DNA of 64,000 nt from Macrostomum lignano (Eukaryota), in assembly GCA_002269645.1 (NCBI GenBank), contig NIVC01001855.1, positions 165,726 to 229,725 of the forward strand. The letters run 5' to 3'. The notes below the pieces were generated by a model. The model was given only the letters and a program-made list of their open reading frames with translations. It was not told the DNA's origin and ran no database searches. Each line of letters starts with the position of its first letter. The stretch's first letter is position 1. The position numbers and the translations under genes are program-made. Shown one piece after another: positions 16,608-28,312 of the stretch.

Positions 16608-17487
16608 TTAAGCGACAAAGTCAAGGGGACTCAATTGAGTCTGGAACGCAAAATCAATATTATTGAGAACGGAGCTACGCATTACAGAAGTATCGAACTG
16701 CATGTTTTAGACTTTATTTTCAAGCAGCACCAATCTCATCTCCCTCCCCGCTATCCCTCCCCGCTATCCCCGATAGCCCATCTATTAGACCGAGTCCCAC
16801 GCCACAGCAGTATAGTAATCTAATCTAATCTGCATGGGTTTCAAGGGTTGGCTCAGCTCCAGATAAAATCTGATAACGCAAATCGAGTTCACGGCGTGCG
16901 AAATGTCTGCGTCTTGACCCGATGGAGAGGCTGGACTGGGTGGATGAAGCAATGGCTGACATGAGCTCCTGTCTCTGAGCAGCATTGGAGCCATTGCATC
17001 ACAACACCATCGCTAAATATAGGAGGACCTCCCCGAAGTCTCTTGTATTCTCAGGTCCCTCCCCGCAGCGCTAATAGCTGTGATAAGAGTTAATTGTCAC
17101 GGTTTCCAGGTGCTAATTGCTATGCCTGCTCATGACTTGTCAGCTATCTGTTCTGTCTGGGGCAGTTAATTACCGTTCTCAACTTCGGGTGATTATTTTA
17201 GGCGAATATGTCTCTCTCTATAATCAGTGATCTAACAATTAAATGAGTGTCTTTTAAATATGATTCACTCATTTAATGAAGCCATGTGTCCAAGTGGAGT
17301 CACTTTACCGACATTACGAATATTTGAACACCTACCATAATATATTTATAAGCAATGATTTTGGTTGCGCTTAGCACGATTCAGGGGCTGTCAGAGTGGC
17401 GCCCATTTCAAGGTGTCAGAGTGGCGCCTAGTTCAAGTTATCACACTGGCGATTATTTCGTTGTCAGGGTGGCGCTTTTTACAGGGT

Positions 17488-18600
17488 GTCAGATTGGTCC
17501 CATTTGTGTCAGACTGGCGCCCATTTGTGTCAGACTGGCGCCCATTTGTGTCAGATTGGTGCCCATTTGTGTCAGACTGGCACCCATTTGTGTCAGACTG
17601 GCGCCCATTTGTGTCAGACTGGTGCTTATTTGTGTCAGACTGGTGTCCATTTGTGTCAGACTGGCACCCATTTGTGTCAGACTGGTGTCCATTTGTGTCA
17701 GACTGGCACCCATTTGTGTCAGACTGGCGCCCATTTGTGTCAGACTGGTGTTCATTTGTGTCAGACTGGTGTCCATTTGTGTCAGACTGGTGTCGATTTG
17801 TGTCAGACTGGTGTTCATTTGTGTCAGACTGGTGTCCATTTGTGTCAGATTGGTGTCCATTTGTGTCAGACTGGTGTCCATTTGTGTCAGACTGGTGTCC
17901 ATTTGTGTCAGACTGGTGTTCATTTGTGTCAGACTGGTGTCCATTTGTGTCATACTGGTGTCCATTTGTGTCAGACTGGTGTCCATTTGTGTCAGATTCG
18001 TGCCCATTTGTGTCAGACTGGTGTTCATTTGTGTCAGACTGGTGTCCATTTGTATCAGACTAGCGCCCATTTGTGTCAGACTGGCGCCCATTTGTGTCAG
18101 ACTGGCGCCCATTTGTGTCAGACTGTTGCTTATTTGTGTCAGAGTGGCATCCATTTGTGTCAGACTGGTGTCCATTCGTGTCAGATTTGTGTCCATTTGT
18201 GTCAGACTGGCGCCCATTTGTGTCAGACTGGTGTCCATTTGTGTCAGATTCGTGCCCATTTGTGTCAGACTGGTGTTCATTTGTGTCAGACTGGTGTCCA
18301 TTTGTGTCAGACTGGCACCCATTTGTGTCAGACTGGCGCCCATTTGTGTCAGACTGGCGCCCATTTGTGTCAGACTGGTGCTTATTTGTGTCAGAGTGGC
18401 ATCCATTTGTGTCAGACTGGTGTCCATTTGTGTCAGACTGGCGCCCATTTGTGTCAGACTGGCGCCCATTTGTGTCAGACTGGCGCCCATTTGTGTCAGA
18501 CTGGTGCTTATTTGTGTCAGAGTGGCATCCATTTGTGTCAGACTGGTGTCCATTCGTGTCAGATTCGTGCCCATTTGTGTCAGACTGGCTCCCATTTGTG
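17488..18600. repeat. Minisatellite, 21-bp unit (GGCGCCCATTTGTGTCAGACT)
   Basis: About 53 copies, preceded by degenerate units from ~17385. Confidence 0.96.
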
Positions 18601-18761
18601 CATCAGATTAAAAAAAATAAAAAGAAAACAAGTCAGTAAAAGCAGTTTTTAAAGATGCAGAAGCAACTCAAATAGTTTCTATTTGAATGTCAGCCCTTTG
18701 AATTTGGAGTTAGTAATCAGTGTGATCCATCACCAGGTAATTGATTTGTCACCGCTGGGTA

Positions 18762-19406
18762 TTACACGAACATTGGGCTGTGGTTGTAGGTCAGGGTCAC
18801 GGCGGCGCTGCGCTTCTTGTTGACAGCTCGGGTGCTGCTGGCGTTGCTGCAGGCGGCCGGGGGGTCCAGAAGGCCCGGCTGCGGGGCGGGCAGGAAGTCG
18901 CCAAGGATGCTGGTGCTGTCAAAGCCGGGACCGCCAACCTTCACCAGGATCGGATGGCACTTCTCGTCAATCAGTACGTTCATGGTGGTGTTGCCGGGCA
19001 TCTGCTTGGTGAGCAGGCGGGCGTTCAGGTCCTCCCCAAGGCGGATGCTGATGCTCTCGCCGGAGCCGATGTCGTCGGGCAGGCAGCGGGAGCGGTTCAC
19101 GTGGGTCAGGATGCCGCTGTTGACGGGCATGGAGGAGCAGCCGTAGGCGCTGTTGACGAACACGCGGCCGCTGCGCAGGTTGATGTACATGGCGCTGTTG
19201 TAGCCATTGTTGGTGCTGGTGAACACCCCGACGCGGCCCTCGGTGAGGTTGGCGGCCATCACGACGCGCGAGCGGATGGCGAAGTTGCCCATGTGCTGGT
19301 GGCGAGTCTCGCTCAGCATGGTGAACTGGAAGGCGTCGGGCAGGCAGCAGTCACCAGCAAGGGCCACTTGGGCCATAGCGGCCAGGGCGATGAGCTTGAG
19401 CAGCAT
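18762..19406 (-). CDS. Ependymin-related secreted protein (EPDR-like), single coding exon, 214 aa
   Basis: Signal peptide MLLKLIALAAMAQVALA, then CCLP, central Cys, CLP, CHPI and C-terminal LLDPPAAC. This Cys spacing matches the ependymin family. N-glycosylation sequons are present and codon usage is GC-rich. Confidence 0.75.
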   Translation of the reverse strand: MLLKLIALAAMAQVALAGDCCLPDAFQFTMLSETRHQHMGNFAIRSRVVMAANLTEGRVGVFTSTNNGYNSAMYINLRSGRVFVNSAYGCSSMPVNSGILTHVNRSRCLPDDIGSGESISIRLGEDLNARLLTKQMPGNTTMNVLIDEKCHPILVKVGGPGFDSTSILGDFLPAPQPGLLDPPAACSNASSTRAVNKKRSAAVTLTYNHSPMFV

Positions 19407-19904
19407 GGCGTTGCTTTGGGAGTTGAGTTTCAGCAGGGATCAGAAGAAGCAATTAGGGAGTTTCTGGATTGCTGGACTTCTTGGGCCTCGGAGGTCCCTT
19501 TGCTTTTATAGACTCACGGGATCTCCAGAACTCACTTCCGGTTGTGGTCAATTAATTAGACACACACAAAAATTTCAACTGTCACAAGTTGCTTCGTTGC
19601 TATGGAAACTGCACCAATTAAGCAGGTGTTCCTTTAATTATTCTTTCGCTTTTTGATAACTCACTGGCCTTGCAGTTAACTTGTTTGACCAGTTGGCCAA
19701 AGTCAATTAGCACCAAGACTGACGCTTGAGTACCAGTTGAGGTTGCAGCTGGGTCAGCAGCACTTATTTTTGTTAGAGTTTGTTTGCCGCAACTGACTCA
19801 GGACCTGGGGGAAAACTGCTGTAAACCTGTTTGGGACAGTTGAATGCTGAATTTTGAATGCAGATTAACAAAACTGGACCACAGCTACCCCTAACAACTC
19901 TCCT

Positions 19905-20695
19905 CTAGTGACTAACAACCCATCTAGTCTAACACCTCATCCAGTAAATGACGAACACCTCATCCAGTACTTGTCTAACACCCCCATCCAGTACTTGTCT
20001 AACACCCCATCTAGTCTAACACCCCATCTAGTCTAACACCCCATCCAGTACTTGTCTAACACCCCATCTAGTCTAACACCCCATCTAGTCTAACACCCCA
20101 TCGAGTACTAGTCTAACACCCCATCTAGTCTAACACCCCATCTAGTCTAACACCCCATCTAGTCTAACACCCCATCCAGTACTTGTCTAACACCCCATCT
20201 AGTCTAACACCCCATCGAGTACTAGTCTAACACCCCATCTAGTCTAACACCCCATCTAGTCTAACACCCCATCTAGTCTAACACCCCATCCAGTACTTGT
20301 CTAACACCCCATCTAGTCTAACACCCCATCTAGTCTAACACCCCATCGAGTACTAGTCTAACACCCCATCTAGTCTAACACCCCATCTAGTCTAACACCC
20401 CATCTAGTCTAACGCCCCATCTATTCTAACACCCCATCGAGTACTAGTCTAACACCCCATCTAGTCTAACACCCCATCTAGTCTAACACCTCATCTAGTC
20501 TAACACCCCATCTAGTCTAACACCCCATCTAGTCTAACACCCCATTTAGTCTAACACCCCATCTAGTCTAACACCCCATCTAGTCTAACACCCTATTCAG
20601 TACTTGTCTAACACCCTAGCCAGTACTTGTCTAACACCCCATCCAGTACTTGTCTAACACCCCATCCAGTACTTGTCTAACACATCATCCAGTAA
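19905..20695. repeat. Composite minisatellite of 17-bp (CCCCATCTAGTCTAACA) and 23-bp (CCCCATCCAGTACTTGTCTAACA) units
   Basis: Direct read; lies between the divergent EPDR-like and protocadherin start codons. Confidence 0.93.
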
Positions 20696-20773
20696 TTATG
20701 GAAATTTACAACCATCCACCACCCCCTGTACCGGTTCGCAGGCCGCATCAAAGGTGCCGCGGCGCCGCACAGC

Positions 20774-22831
20774 ATGACCCGCCATCCGCAGCTTCTTCCC
20801 TCTCTCTGCCTCCTGTGCCTCATCATTGTCGTTTTAACGCCCAGCGTCCGCCCGGCTGAGCAGAAGGCGTCCCAGCTTCATCACTCGTTCGTTGAGGAGC
20901 AGCCCTCGGGCACCAAGGTGGCGGACATCAAGCAGCTCATCAGCCAGCAGCTGTACCGATCTGACGAGTTCACCTCCTGCCAGTTCCGCGCCTTCGACCG
21001 GCAACACCTGGGCTATTTCCACCTGGACGCCAGCACCGGCGAAGTGTTTCAAAAGTCAAAAATCGATCGCGAGTCTCTCTGCTCCGAGGTCGGCGCCTGC
21101 TGCCCCGAGGCGCCGGACTGCAAGCTCAGCCTCAGCATCATCGTGTTCGACAAATCCCAGCCCGGCAAGGTTCGCGAAATTGTCCGACTCGACCTGCGAG
21201 TTGTCGATCTGAACGACAACGCGCCGCGTTGGAACTCGCCGCGGCTCAGTCTGGAGGTGCCGGAGCACTCGCCAGTTGGCTCTCGATTCCAGCTGCCGGT
21301 TGCCATGGACCCCGACAAAGCGCCCGAGAATGCCACGCAGCGGTACGAGCTGGTCAGCGGCCTGGACAAGTTCCAGCTCGGCTACCTGCTGGCCGACCCG
21401 GCTGGGCGGCAGGCCGGCAGCCTCTGGCTGGAGATCCGCGCCGACCTCGACAGGGAAGTCGCCGCGTGGCACCAGGCGGAGCTTGTGGCAGTCGACGGCG
21501 GCCATCCGGCAGCCCTCACCGGCAGCCTGACCGTCAACATCAGCGTCTCCGACATCAACGACAACCCGCCTCGGTTCGGCCGGTTCCCCAGGCTGGTCAA
21601 GGTGGCGGAGAACTCGCCGCTCAGCCGGGAGCTGCTGCGGCTGAACGCCACGGACGCGGATGACTCGGACATGGAGCGGCTGCGCTTCCGCCTGGGCGTA
21701 TCGGCCAGCCAGAGCGTCGCCGAGATGTTCCGCGTCGACAAGCGCACCGGCTCCGTGTGGGCGATGCGGACGCTGGACTACGAAGAGCGGAAGAGCTACG
21801 ACATTCCCGTGACGGTGACCGACGGCAAGCACTCCGCTGACGCCAGCGTGCGCATCGAGGTTGTCAACGAGAACGACAACCCGCCGAAGATCACTCTGGT
21901 CAGCTTCGGAGGCGGCGGCGGCGGCAGCAGCAGCGGCAACTTCGAGCTGGCAGAGAACGCCGCCTTCGGCACCACAGTGGCTTCGCTAGACGTCTTCGAC
22001 GCCGACGACAAAGAGGAGTCGCTGTCGGTCGCCTGCTACGTGGAGCCGCCAACAGAGTTTGGCATCCTGCCGCTGTACAAATCCGCCAAGCGCAACTTCT
22101 TGGTGGTTAGCAACAGGGCATTCGATCGCGAACAGACGCCCAGCTTCACAGTGCGGATCTCCTGCAACGACAACGGCACGCCGAACCGCGTAGACAGCGT
22201 CGTGATGCGGATCGACATTCGCGACGAGAACGACAACACGCCAGAGTTTTTGCAGAATCCGCTCTTTGTGCTGCTGCCGGAAAACAAAGACCCGCTGCCT
22301 GCCTTCGTCCTGGCCAAGATGGAGGCCCGGGATGCCGATTCCGGGGACAACGCCGAGCTGCGCTATTCGCTGGACGCGGCTTCCAGTCGGCACTTCGACA
22401 TCGACCGCGGAACCGCGGCAATCTGGGCCCGGCGCAGCTTTGACCGCGAGCTGGAGCAGCAGTTCAACCTGACCGTGTTTGCCACTGACCTCGGCGACTT
22501 GCCCGACGTTGAGGGACGGCGTCGGACAGCGACTGGCACCGTCGTGGTGAACATCGAGGACGTCAACGACTGCCCGCCGGAGTTCTCGGCGAGTCACTAC
22601 GCATTCGCCGTGGAGGAGAACGCCGAACTGACGCGTTACCTAGGCAACGTGACGGCCAGCGACTGCGACGCCGAGGAGCGCCATCGACGAGTGGTGTACC
22701 GGATGCTGGGCGGTCCCAGCGGGCCGGACAGTCAGCTGGCCTTCAACTACTTCAGAGTGACCCAGGATGGCCGGGTGTACACGGGGAGCCAGCCGATTGA
22801 CAGGGAGTTCAGGGAGTCGTTCACCTTTTTG
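20774..22831 (+). CDS. Protocadherin (delta-type, 7 EC repeats), exon 1: signal peptide + EC1 to most of EC6
   Basis: Signal peptide; repeated DRE/DYE, DxD and DxNDNxP calcium motifs; Cys-rich EC1 (DRESLC...C). Donor TTG|GTGAGT at 22832, phase 0. Confidence 0.95.
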
Positions 22832-22957
22832 GTGAGTGTTTTTGGTGCAGTTTAGAATCGCGCTTCTTGGAATATGGATAATGGACATTCGGGTTATTGA
22901 TTGCATGCATTTTAAGATTTGTTATAATGAAATTAAGCATTCCAACTATTTTCTGGA

Positions 22958-23500
22958 GTATGCTCTGGGTTTGTTATAATGTAGTGAAGCATCTTGGTTA
23001 CTTGTGGAATACGTTCATGGTTTGTTATAATGTAGTGAAGCATCTTGGTTTTTTTTTATTAGAGGCAGGGGGGTTGTGTGCACCCTGGCGCACTTTAAGC
23101 GACATAGGCACACAACCGGCGAGAGGCATTACTGCCCATTCCGCCGACTCCCCTGAGCAGGCATACAAGCGCGCGGATACGTACGCAGTCACACACTCAC
23201 ACAGGAGTGTACAGCGGCCCTAACTTTATTTTATCGTTAGGCATGTACACTTTACTGCGCCTTGGGGGGTTGGCTCTCAAGGCCGTTAATTGCACGAGCA
23301 GAGCCGAGCCGAGATTCCAATTCAGCCCCAAATTAATGTGACTGCACTTGGAATCGAGCCTGGGTCGCTGGCACACCAGAGCAGCTGCGCTACCGCTGGG
23401 CTACGGCCCCCCTCTAAGCATCTTAGTTACTTGTGGAATACGTTCATGGTTTGTTGTAATGTAGTGAAGCATCTTGGTTACTTGTAGAATACGTTCATGG
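22958..23500. repeat. 51-bp tandem repeat interrupted by a SINE
   Basis: GTAGTGAAGCATCTTGGTTACTTGTGGAATACGTTCATGGTTTGTTATAAT at 22981 and 23032, resuming at 23415. Confidence 0.85.
23051..23411 (-). mobile_element. Full-length tRNA-derived SINE (family B) with A-tail and target-site duplication
   Basis: Minus strand starts GGGGGCCGTAGCCCAGCGGTAGCG (A box) and has GGCTCGATTCC (B box); ends AATAAAAAAAAA. Flanked by AAGCATCTTGGTT (23038-50) and AAGCATCTTAGTT (23415-27). Confidence 0.85.
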
Positions 23501-23916
23501 ATTTTTATACACAACGCGTTCTAGTGGTGCAACAATGATTCAAATTTATCTTAAATTATTCTACAAAACAACTTCACGTCACCTGTTGGACAATTTTAAT
23601 GCGGTTTAACCTTCAGTTGGTCATCACAAATGTTTTTTTTGGAAATAAGAGCTTGTGGAACCCGACTGACTCAGAGAGACACTGGTCAGCAGGTGGCTGG
23701 CTACATTAAATTTTTATTTTATTGACAGTAAAAGCTGTGGATAAAAACACCTGCGTCACTTGATTTGGCCATTTTGGCTAAGTGCTTCGGCTGACTACTT
23801 AACAAACTGATGGGCTCAACTTTATAGACACAGTGGCCTCTTGATGGGAGAGCGGAAATGCAAATAATGATTTGGCTTGAATACGGTCTTAGAATGGCAA
23901 CACTGCTCTCACATTT

Positions 23917-24206
23917 ACCAGTCTAGCAATCCATTCTAATAATTACAAACCACATTGGCTAGTCTAGCAATCCATTATAATCATTACAAACCACATTGGC
24001 TAGTCTAGCAATCCAATCCGATCCCCCAAACAATCCTCCCAGGTGCTCTTGGCTAGTCTAGCAATCCACTTCGATCCCCCAAACAATCCTCCCAGGTGCT
24101 CTTGGCTAGTCTAGCAATCCACTCCGATCCCCCAAACAATCCTCCCAGGTGCTCTTGGCTAGTCTAGCAATCCACTCCGATCCCCCAAACAATCCTCCCA
24201 GGTGCT
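23917..24206. repeat. 41-bp then 53-bp tandem repeats overlapping the protocadherin exon-2 acceptor
   Basis: Unit GGCTAGTCTAGCAATCCACTCCGATCCCCCAAACAATCCTCCCAGGTGCTCTT; AGs at 24041, 24094, 24147 and 24200. Confidence 0.92.
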
Positions 24207-25015
24207 AGCCGACGACCAGGCCGGACGTCGCCAGACGGCCCACGTGACCGTGTCCATCTTGGACATCAACGACAACAGTCCGCAGTGGGTGTTTCCCAGC
24301 TCGGACACTCAGCAGGTGAACGTGTCCGTCCAGCAACCGATCGGACGCCCGGTGGCCCGCCTGCGCACAAAGGACCCGGACTATGGGCCCAACGGCAGCG
24401 TGGTGTACAGCCTGGAGAGCCACCAGCCGCCGACCCGACTGTTCAGCGTCACCCCTGAAGGCGAAATTCTACTGTCCGGCCAGATCAACCCGGCCAGGGA
24501 TCTCGGACAGTTTGTCCGGCTCAGGATTGTCGCCGCCGACCGCGGCCAGCCGCCGCGGAGCAGCTGGGCAAATCTCACCATTAGGATTGTTGAACGAGCA
24601 CCCGACGAAGGCGGCGGCGGGTTCTTCGGCAGCTCGCCGCGGACAGCGGACGGCAACCTGGCGATCATCCTGGCGATGGTCGTGGTCACGGTGATTGTGT
24701 CCATCTTCCTCATCGCCGCCATCGTCTTCCTGCGGTGTCGGACGGCTGGCGGAGCGGCCGGCGCGGCCGGACGGGCGGCCGGGCATGACCGGGGGGCCAG
24801 GCGGCTGCTGCCCGGCTCCTCCTCGCCGCGGCTGGTCGAATCGGCGACGGGCGCCGCCGGGACGGCAACCTGCGTATCAGCAGCGACGTCATCGGCGGCG
24901 ACGACTGGCCGGAAGACCTGCACGGTCGGCGGCTGCCGCTACTCGCCCGGCGCTGCGACTGGCGGCGGCGGCTACTGCGGACTGGGCGGGGCGGACGACT
25001 TCTTGCTGGCCGCGG
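24202..25015 (+). CDS. Protocadherin exon 2: end of EC6, EC7, transmembrane helix, proximal cytoplasmic tail
   Basis: Acceptor CCCAG|GTG gives TFL|VLADDQ...DINDNSPQW in frame. TM segment LAIILAMVVVTVIVSIFLIAAIVFL. Donor GCGG|GTGAG at 25016, phase 1. Confidence 0.92.
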
Positions 25016-25030
25016 GTGAGCGGGGCTACA

Positions 25031-25274
25031 TGCCTGTCTGTCTGTCTGTCTGTCTGCCTGTCTGTCTGTCTGTCTGTCTGCCTGTCTGTCTGTCTGTCTG
25101 TCTGCCTGTCTGTCTGTCTGCCTGTCTGTCTGTCTGTCTGCCTGTCTGTCTGTCTGTCTGTCTGCCTGCCTGTCTGTCTGTCTGTCTGTCTGCCTGTCTG
25201 TCTGTCTGTCTGTCTGCCTGCCTGCCTGTCTGTCTGTCTGTCTGTCTGTCTGCCTGTCTGCCTGTCTGCCTGCC

Positions 25275-25311
<37 letters not shown>

Positions 25312-25315
25312 GCCC

Positions 25316-25395
<80 letters not shown>

Positions 25396-25433
25396 GTCTG
25401 TCTGTCTATCTGTCTGTCTGTCTGTCTGTCTAT
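25031..25433. repeat. (CTGT/CCTG)n microsatellite in protocadherin intron 2
   Basis: Direct read. Confidence 0.97.
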
Positions 25434-26329
25434 CCAATATCTCCCATTTCGGGATCCAACAGGATTAACTTTAATTCCCCATTGAACTTCAAAGTGAATT
25501 GCGCTCAGTTTCCCCACATAAATGGCTGACAGAAATTTTTGAACAGGTTAACCAGATTGGGAGCTGCAAACCCACTAGCGGATTAAATTATTCGCGGGGA
25601 AAAGCCCCACCCATAGCCGAGGATGTGCTCAACTGATTAGCCCTGCTCATCCATGCGTGCCACAAAAATGCATGCTGGAGTTTTTGCGCGGCAATCGGTC
25701 GGCACCGTGAAAGCCGACACAGATTAAAGGATCACACCCTAGCACACGGCTATCCATCTTTCACCTGTAGTAGCATCTCTCATCTCCAACGGGAAAGAGA
25801 ACTGCAATGTCAAACAAAGTCTCTGCTGCTTATTGGGAGCAGATATGAAGCAGACGCGAAGGTGAGGCGCAGGGCGGGAGGGGACAGAGCGTGACCAAGA
25901 TAAGGAAAATTGCAATTTTGCGTGACTCGGCGGCGCTTCATCATATTTTAGTGTTTGTAAGGCCAGCATCTTCATCTGGCTTAAGCAGCCCTACCGTGCA
26001 GGCTGTTTTCATCATTTTCATCATCAGCTTGACCTCCCCAGGGGCACGGGTGTCCATAGGGAATCTTTCTTGTTGTAAGGACACTGCGAGCGTATTAGTG
26101 CTGCTAAACCTACTTCACTGTTCAATTTAGTTTTAATAAAGATTTTCATTTTACACGGCTGTTTAAATTTGTCTGTTGTTAAAGCAAGACATGACTGACT
26201 CTGCTACAGGATGTTGCGCAACAAGCAGCTGTCAGACTGAAACTCAAAAAGGAGGAACCGATTTCAATACTCAAAAAAGGCCTGATTAAATGTGACAACT
26301 CCTGCATCTCGGAGCGGAAAGGTCGGACG

Positions 26330-28022
26330 AATAGGGAAGAATCAAAGTGAGGTAGGGAGCGGAAAGGTCAGGGGATAGGGAAGAATCAAAGTGAGGTAGG
26401 GAGCGGAAAGGTTGGAGGATAGGGAAGAATCAAAGTGAGGTAGGGAGCGGAAAGGTCGGAGGATAGGGAAAGAATCAAAGTGAGGTAGGGAGCGGAAAGG
26501 TCAGGGAAGAATCAAAGTGAGGTAGGGAGCGGAAAGGTCAGGGAAGAATCAAAGTGAGGTAGGGAGCGGAAAGGTCGGAAGAAAGGGAAGAATCAAAGTG
26601 AGGTAGGGAGCGGAAAGGTCGGAAGAAAGGGAAGAATCAAAGTGAGGTAGGGAGCGGAAAGGTCGGAAGAAAGGGAAGAATCAAAGTGAGGTAGGGAGCG
26701 GAAAGGTCGGAAGAAAGGGAAGAATCAAAGTGAGGTAGGGAGGGAAAGGTCGGGGATAGGCAAGAATCAAAGTGAGGTAGGGAGCGGAAAGGTCGGAGGA
26801 TAGGGAAGAATCAAAGTGAGGTAGGGAGCGGAAAGGTCGGAGGATAGGGAAAGAATCAAAGTGAGGTAGGGAGCGGAAAGGTCAGGGAAGAATCAAAGTG
26901 AGGTAGGGAGCGGAAAGGTCAGGGAAGAATCAAAGTGAGGTAGGGAGCGGAAAGGTCGGAAGAAAGGGAAGAATCAAAGTGAGGTAGGGAGCGGAAAGGT
27001 CGGAAGAAAGGGAAGAATCAAAGTGAGGTAGGGAGCGGAAAGGTCGGAAGAAAGGGAAGAATCAAAGTGAGGTAGGGAGCGGAAAGGTCGGAAGAAAGGG
27101 AAGAATCAAAGTGAGGTAGGGAGGGAAAGGTCGGGGGATAGGCAAGAATCAAAGTGAGGTAGGGAGCGGAAAGGTCGGAGGATAGGGAAGAATCAAAGTG
27201 AGGTAGGGAGCGGAAAGGTCGGAGGATAGGGAAGAATCAAAGTGAGGTAGGGAGCGGAAAGGTCGGAGGATAGGCAAGAATCAAAGTGAGGTAGGGAGCG
27301 GAAAGGTCGGAGGATAGGCAAGAATCAAAGTGAGGTAGGGAGCGGAAAGGTCGGAGGATAGGCAAGAATCAAAGTGAGGTAGGGAGCGGAAAGGTTGGAG
27401 GATAGGGAAGAATCAAAGTGAGGTAGGGAGCGGAAAGGTCGGAGGATAGGGAAAGAATCAAAGTGAGGTAGGGAGCGGAAAGGTCAGGGAAGAATCAAAG
27501 TGAGGTAGGGAGCGGAAAGGTCAGGGAAGAATCAAAGTGAGGTAGGGAGCGGAAAGGTCGGAAGAAAGGGAAGAATCAAAGTGAGGTAGGGAGCGGAAAG
27601 GTCGGAAGAAAGGGAAGAATCAAAGTGAGGTAGGGAGGGAAAGGTCGGGGGATAGGCAAGAATCAAAGTGAGGTAGGGAGCGGAAAGGTCGGAGGATAGG
27701 GAAGAATCAAAGTGAGGTAGGGAGCGGAAAGGTCGGAGGATAGGGAAAGAATCAAAGTGAGGTAGGGAGCGGAAAGGTCAGGGAAGAATCAAAGTGAGGT
27801 AGGGAGCGGAAAGGTCGGGGGAAGAATCAAAGTGAGGTAGGGAGCGGAAAGGTCGGAAGAAAGGGAAGAATCAAAGTGAGGTAGGGAGCGGAAAGGTCGG
27901 AAGAAAGGGAAGAATCAAAGTGAGGTAGGAGCGGAAAGGTCGGAGGATAGGCAAATCAAAGTGAGGTAGGGAGCGGAGGATAGGCAAGAATCAAAGTGAG
28001 GTAGGGATAGAGAAGAATCAAA
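26330..28022. repeat. Minisatellite, 37-45-bp units (GAATCAAAGTGAGGTAGGGAGCGGAAAGGTCGGAGGATAGGGAA), with recurring variant order
   Basis: About 40 units; a few tail variants recur in the same order (cassette of roughly 380 bp). Confidence 0.95.
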
Positions 28023-28143
28023 ATGAGATTCAAAAGTCTGAATACCGCCGAATACTTGTCTGTGTACCAGCTAAAACAGATTTCAGGTGTTATAAGCCAG
28101 GAATTTAGATGTGAGTTCGGTGATCTCCCACCCGCCCCCTCAG

Positions 28144-28286
28144 GCGGTCGGTACTCCATGCGGCCAGACGATCGGCCATACAAAGTGCAGCTGCCGTTGG
28201 CTCCGTTCGGCTCCGCGCTGCTGGCGCATCAGCCGCAGGCGCAGGCGGGCAGACGGCAGGTTCGCTCGGCTGCTTCGCCGTTTGAG
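28144..28286 (+). CDS. Protocadherin exon 3 (cytoplasmic)
   Basis: Pyrimidine-rich acceptor CCCCTCAG|GC, phase 1 (an alternative phase-1 acceptor would start the exon at 28087). Encodes GRYSMRPDDRPYKVQLPLAPF...SPFE. Donor GAG|GTGCGT, phase 0. Confidence 0.72.
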
Positions 28287-28312
28287 GTGCGTGTCCTGAT
28301 TTTCATGCTGGC

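Noticed and set aside
17355-18652. Cys/His/Trp-rich repeat ORFs (LCQTGVH, FVSDWCP, ICVRLVS, LTQMGAS)
   Set aside because: Four frames are open at once, which is the signature of a 21-bp satellite rather than a gene.
20834-22906. Antisense and alternative-frame ORFs over the protocadherin (likewise over the EPDR-like, COX11, zinc-finger and CAP genes)
   Set aside because: Shadow ORFs of GC-rich coding sequence with no domain signatures.
26330-28022. CRISPR-like look (constant ~30 bp plus variable tail)
   Set aside because: Tails are short, related and recurrent rather than unique spacers; no cas genes; the array lies in a eukaryotic intron.
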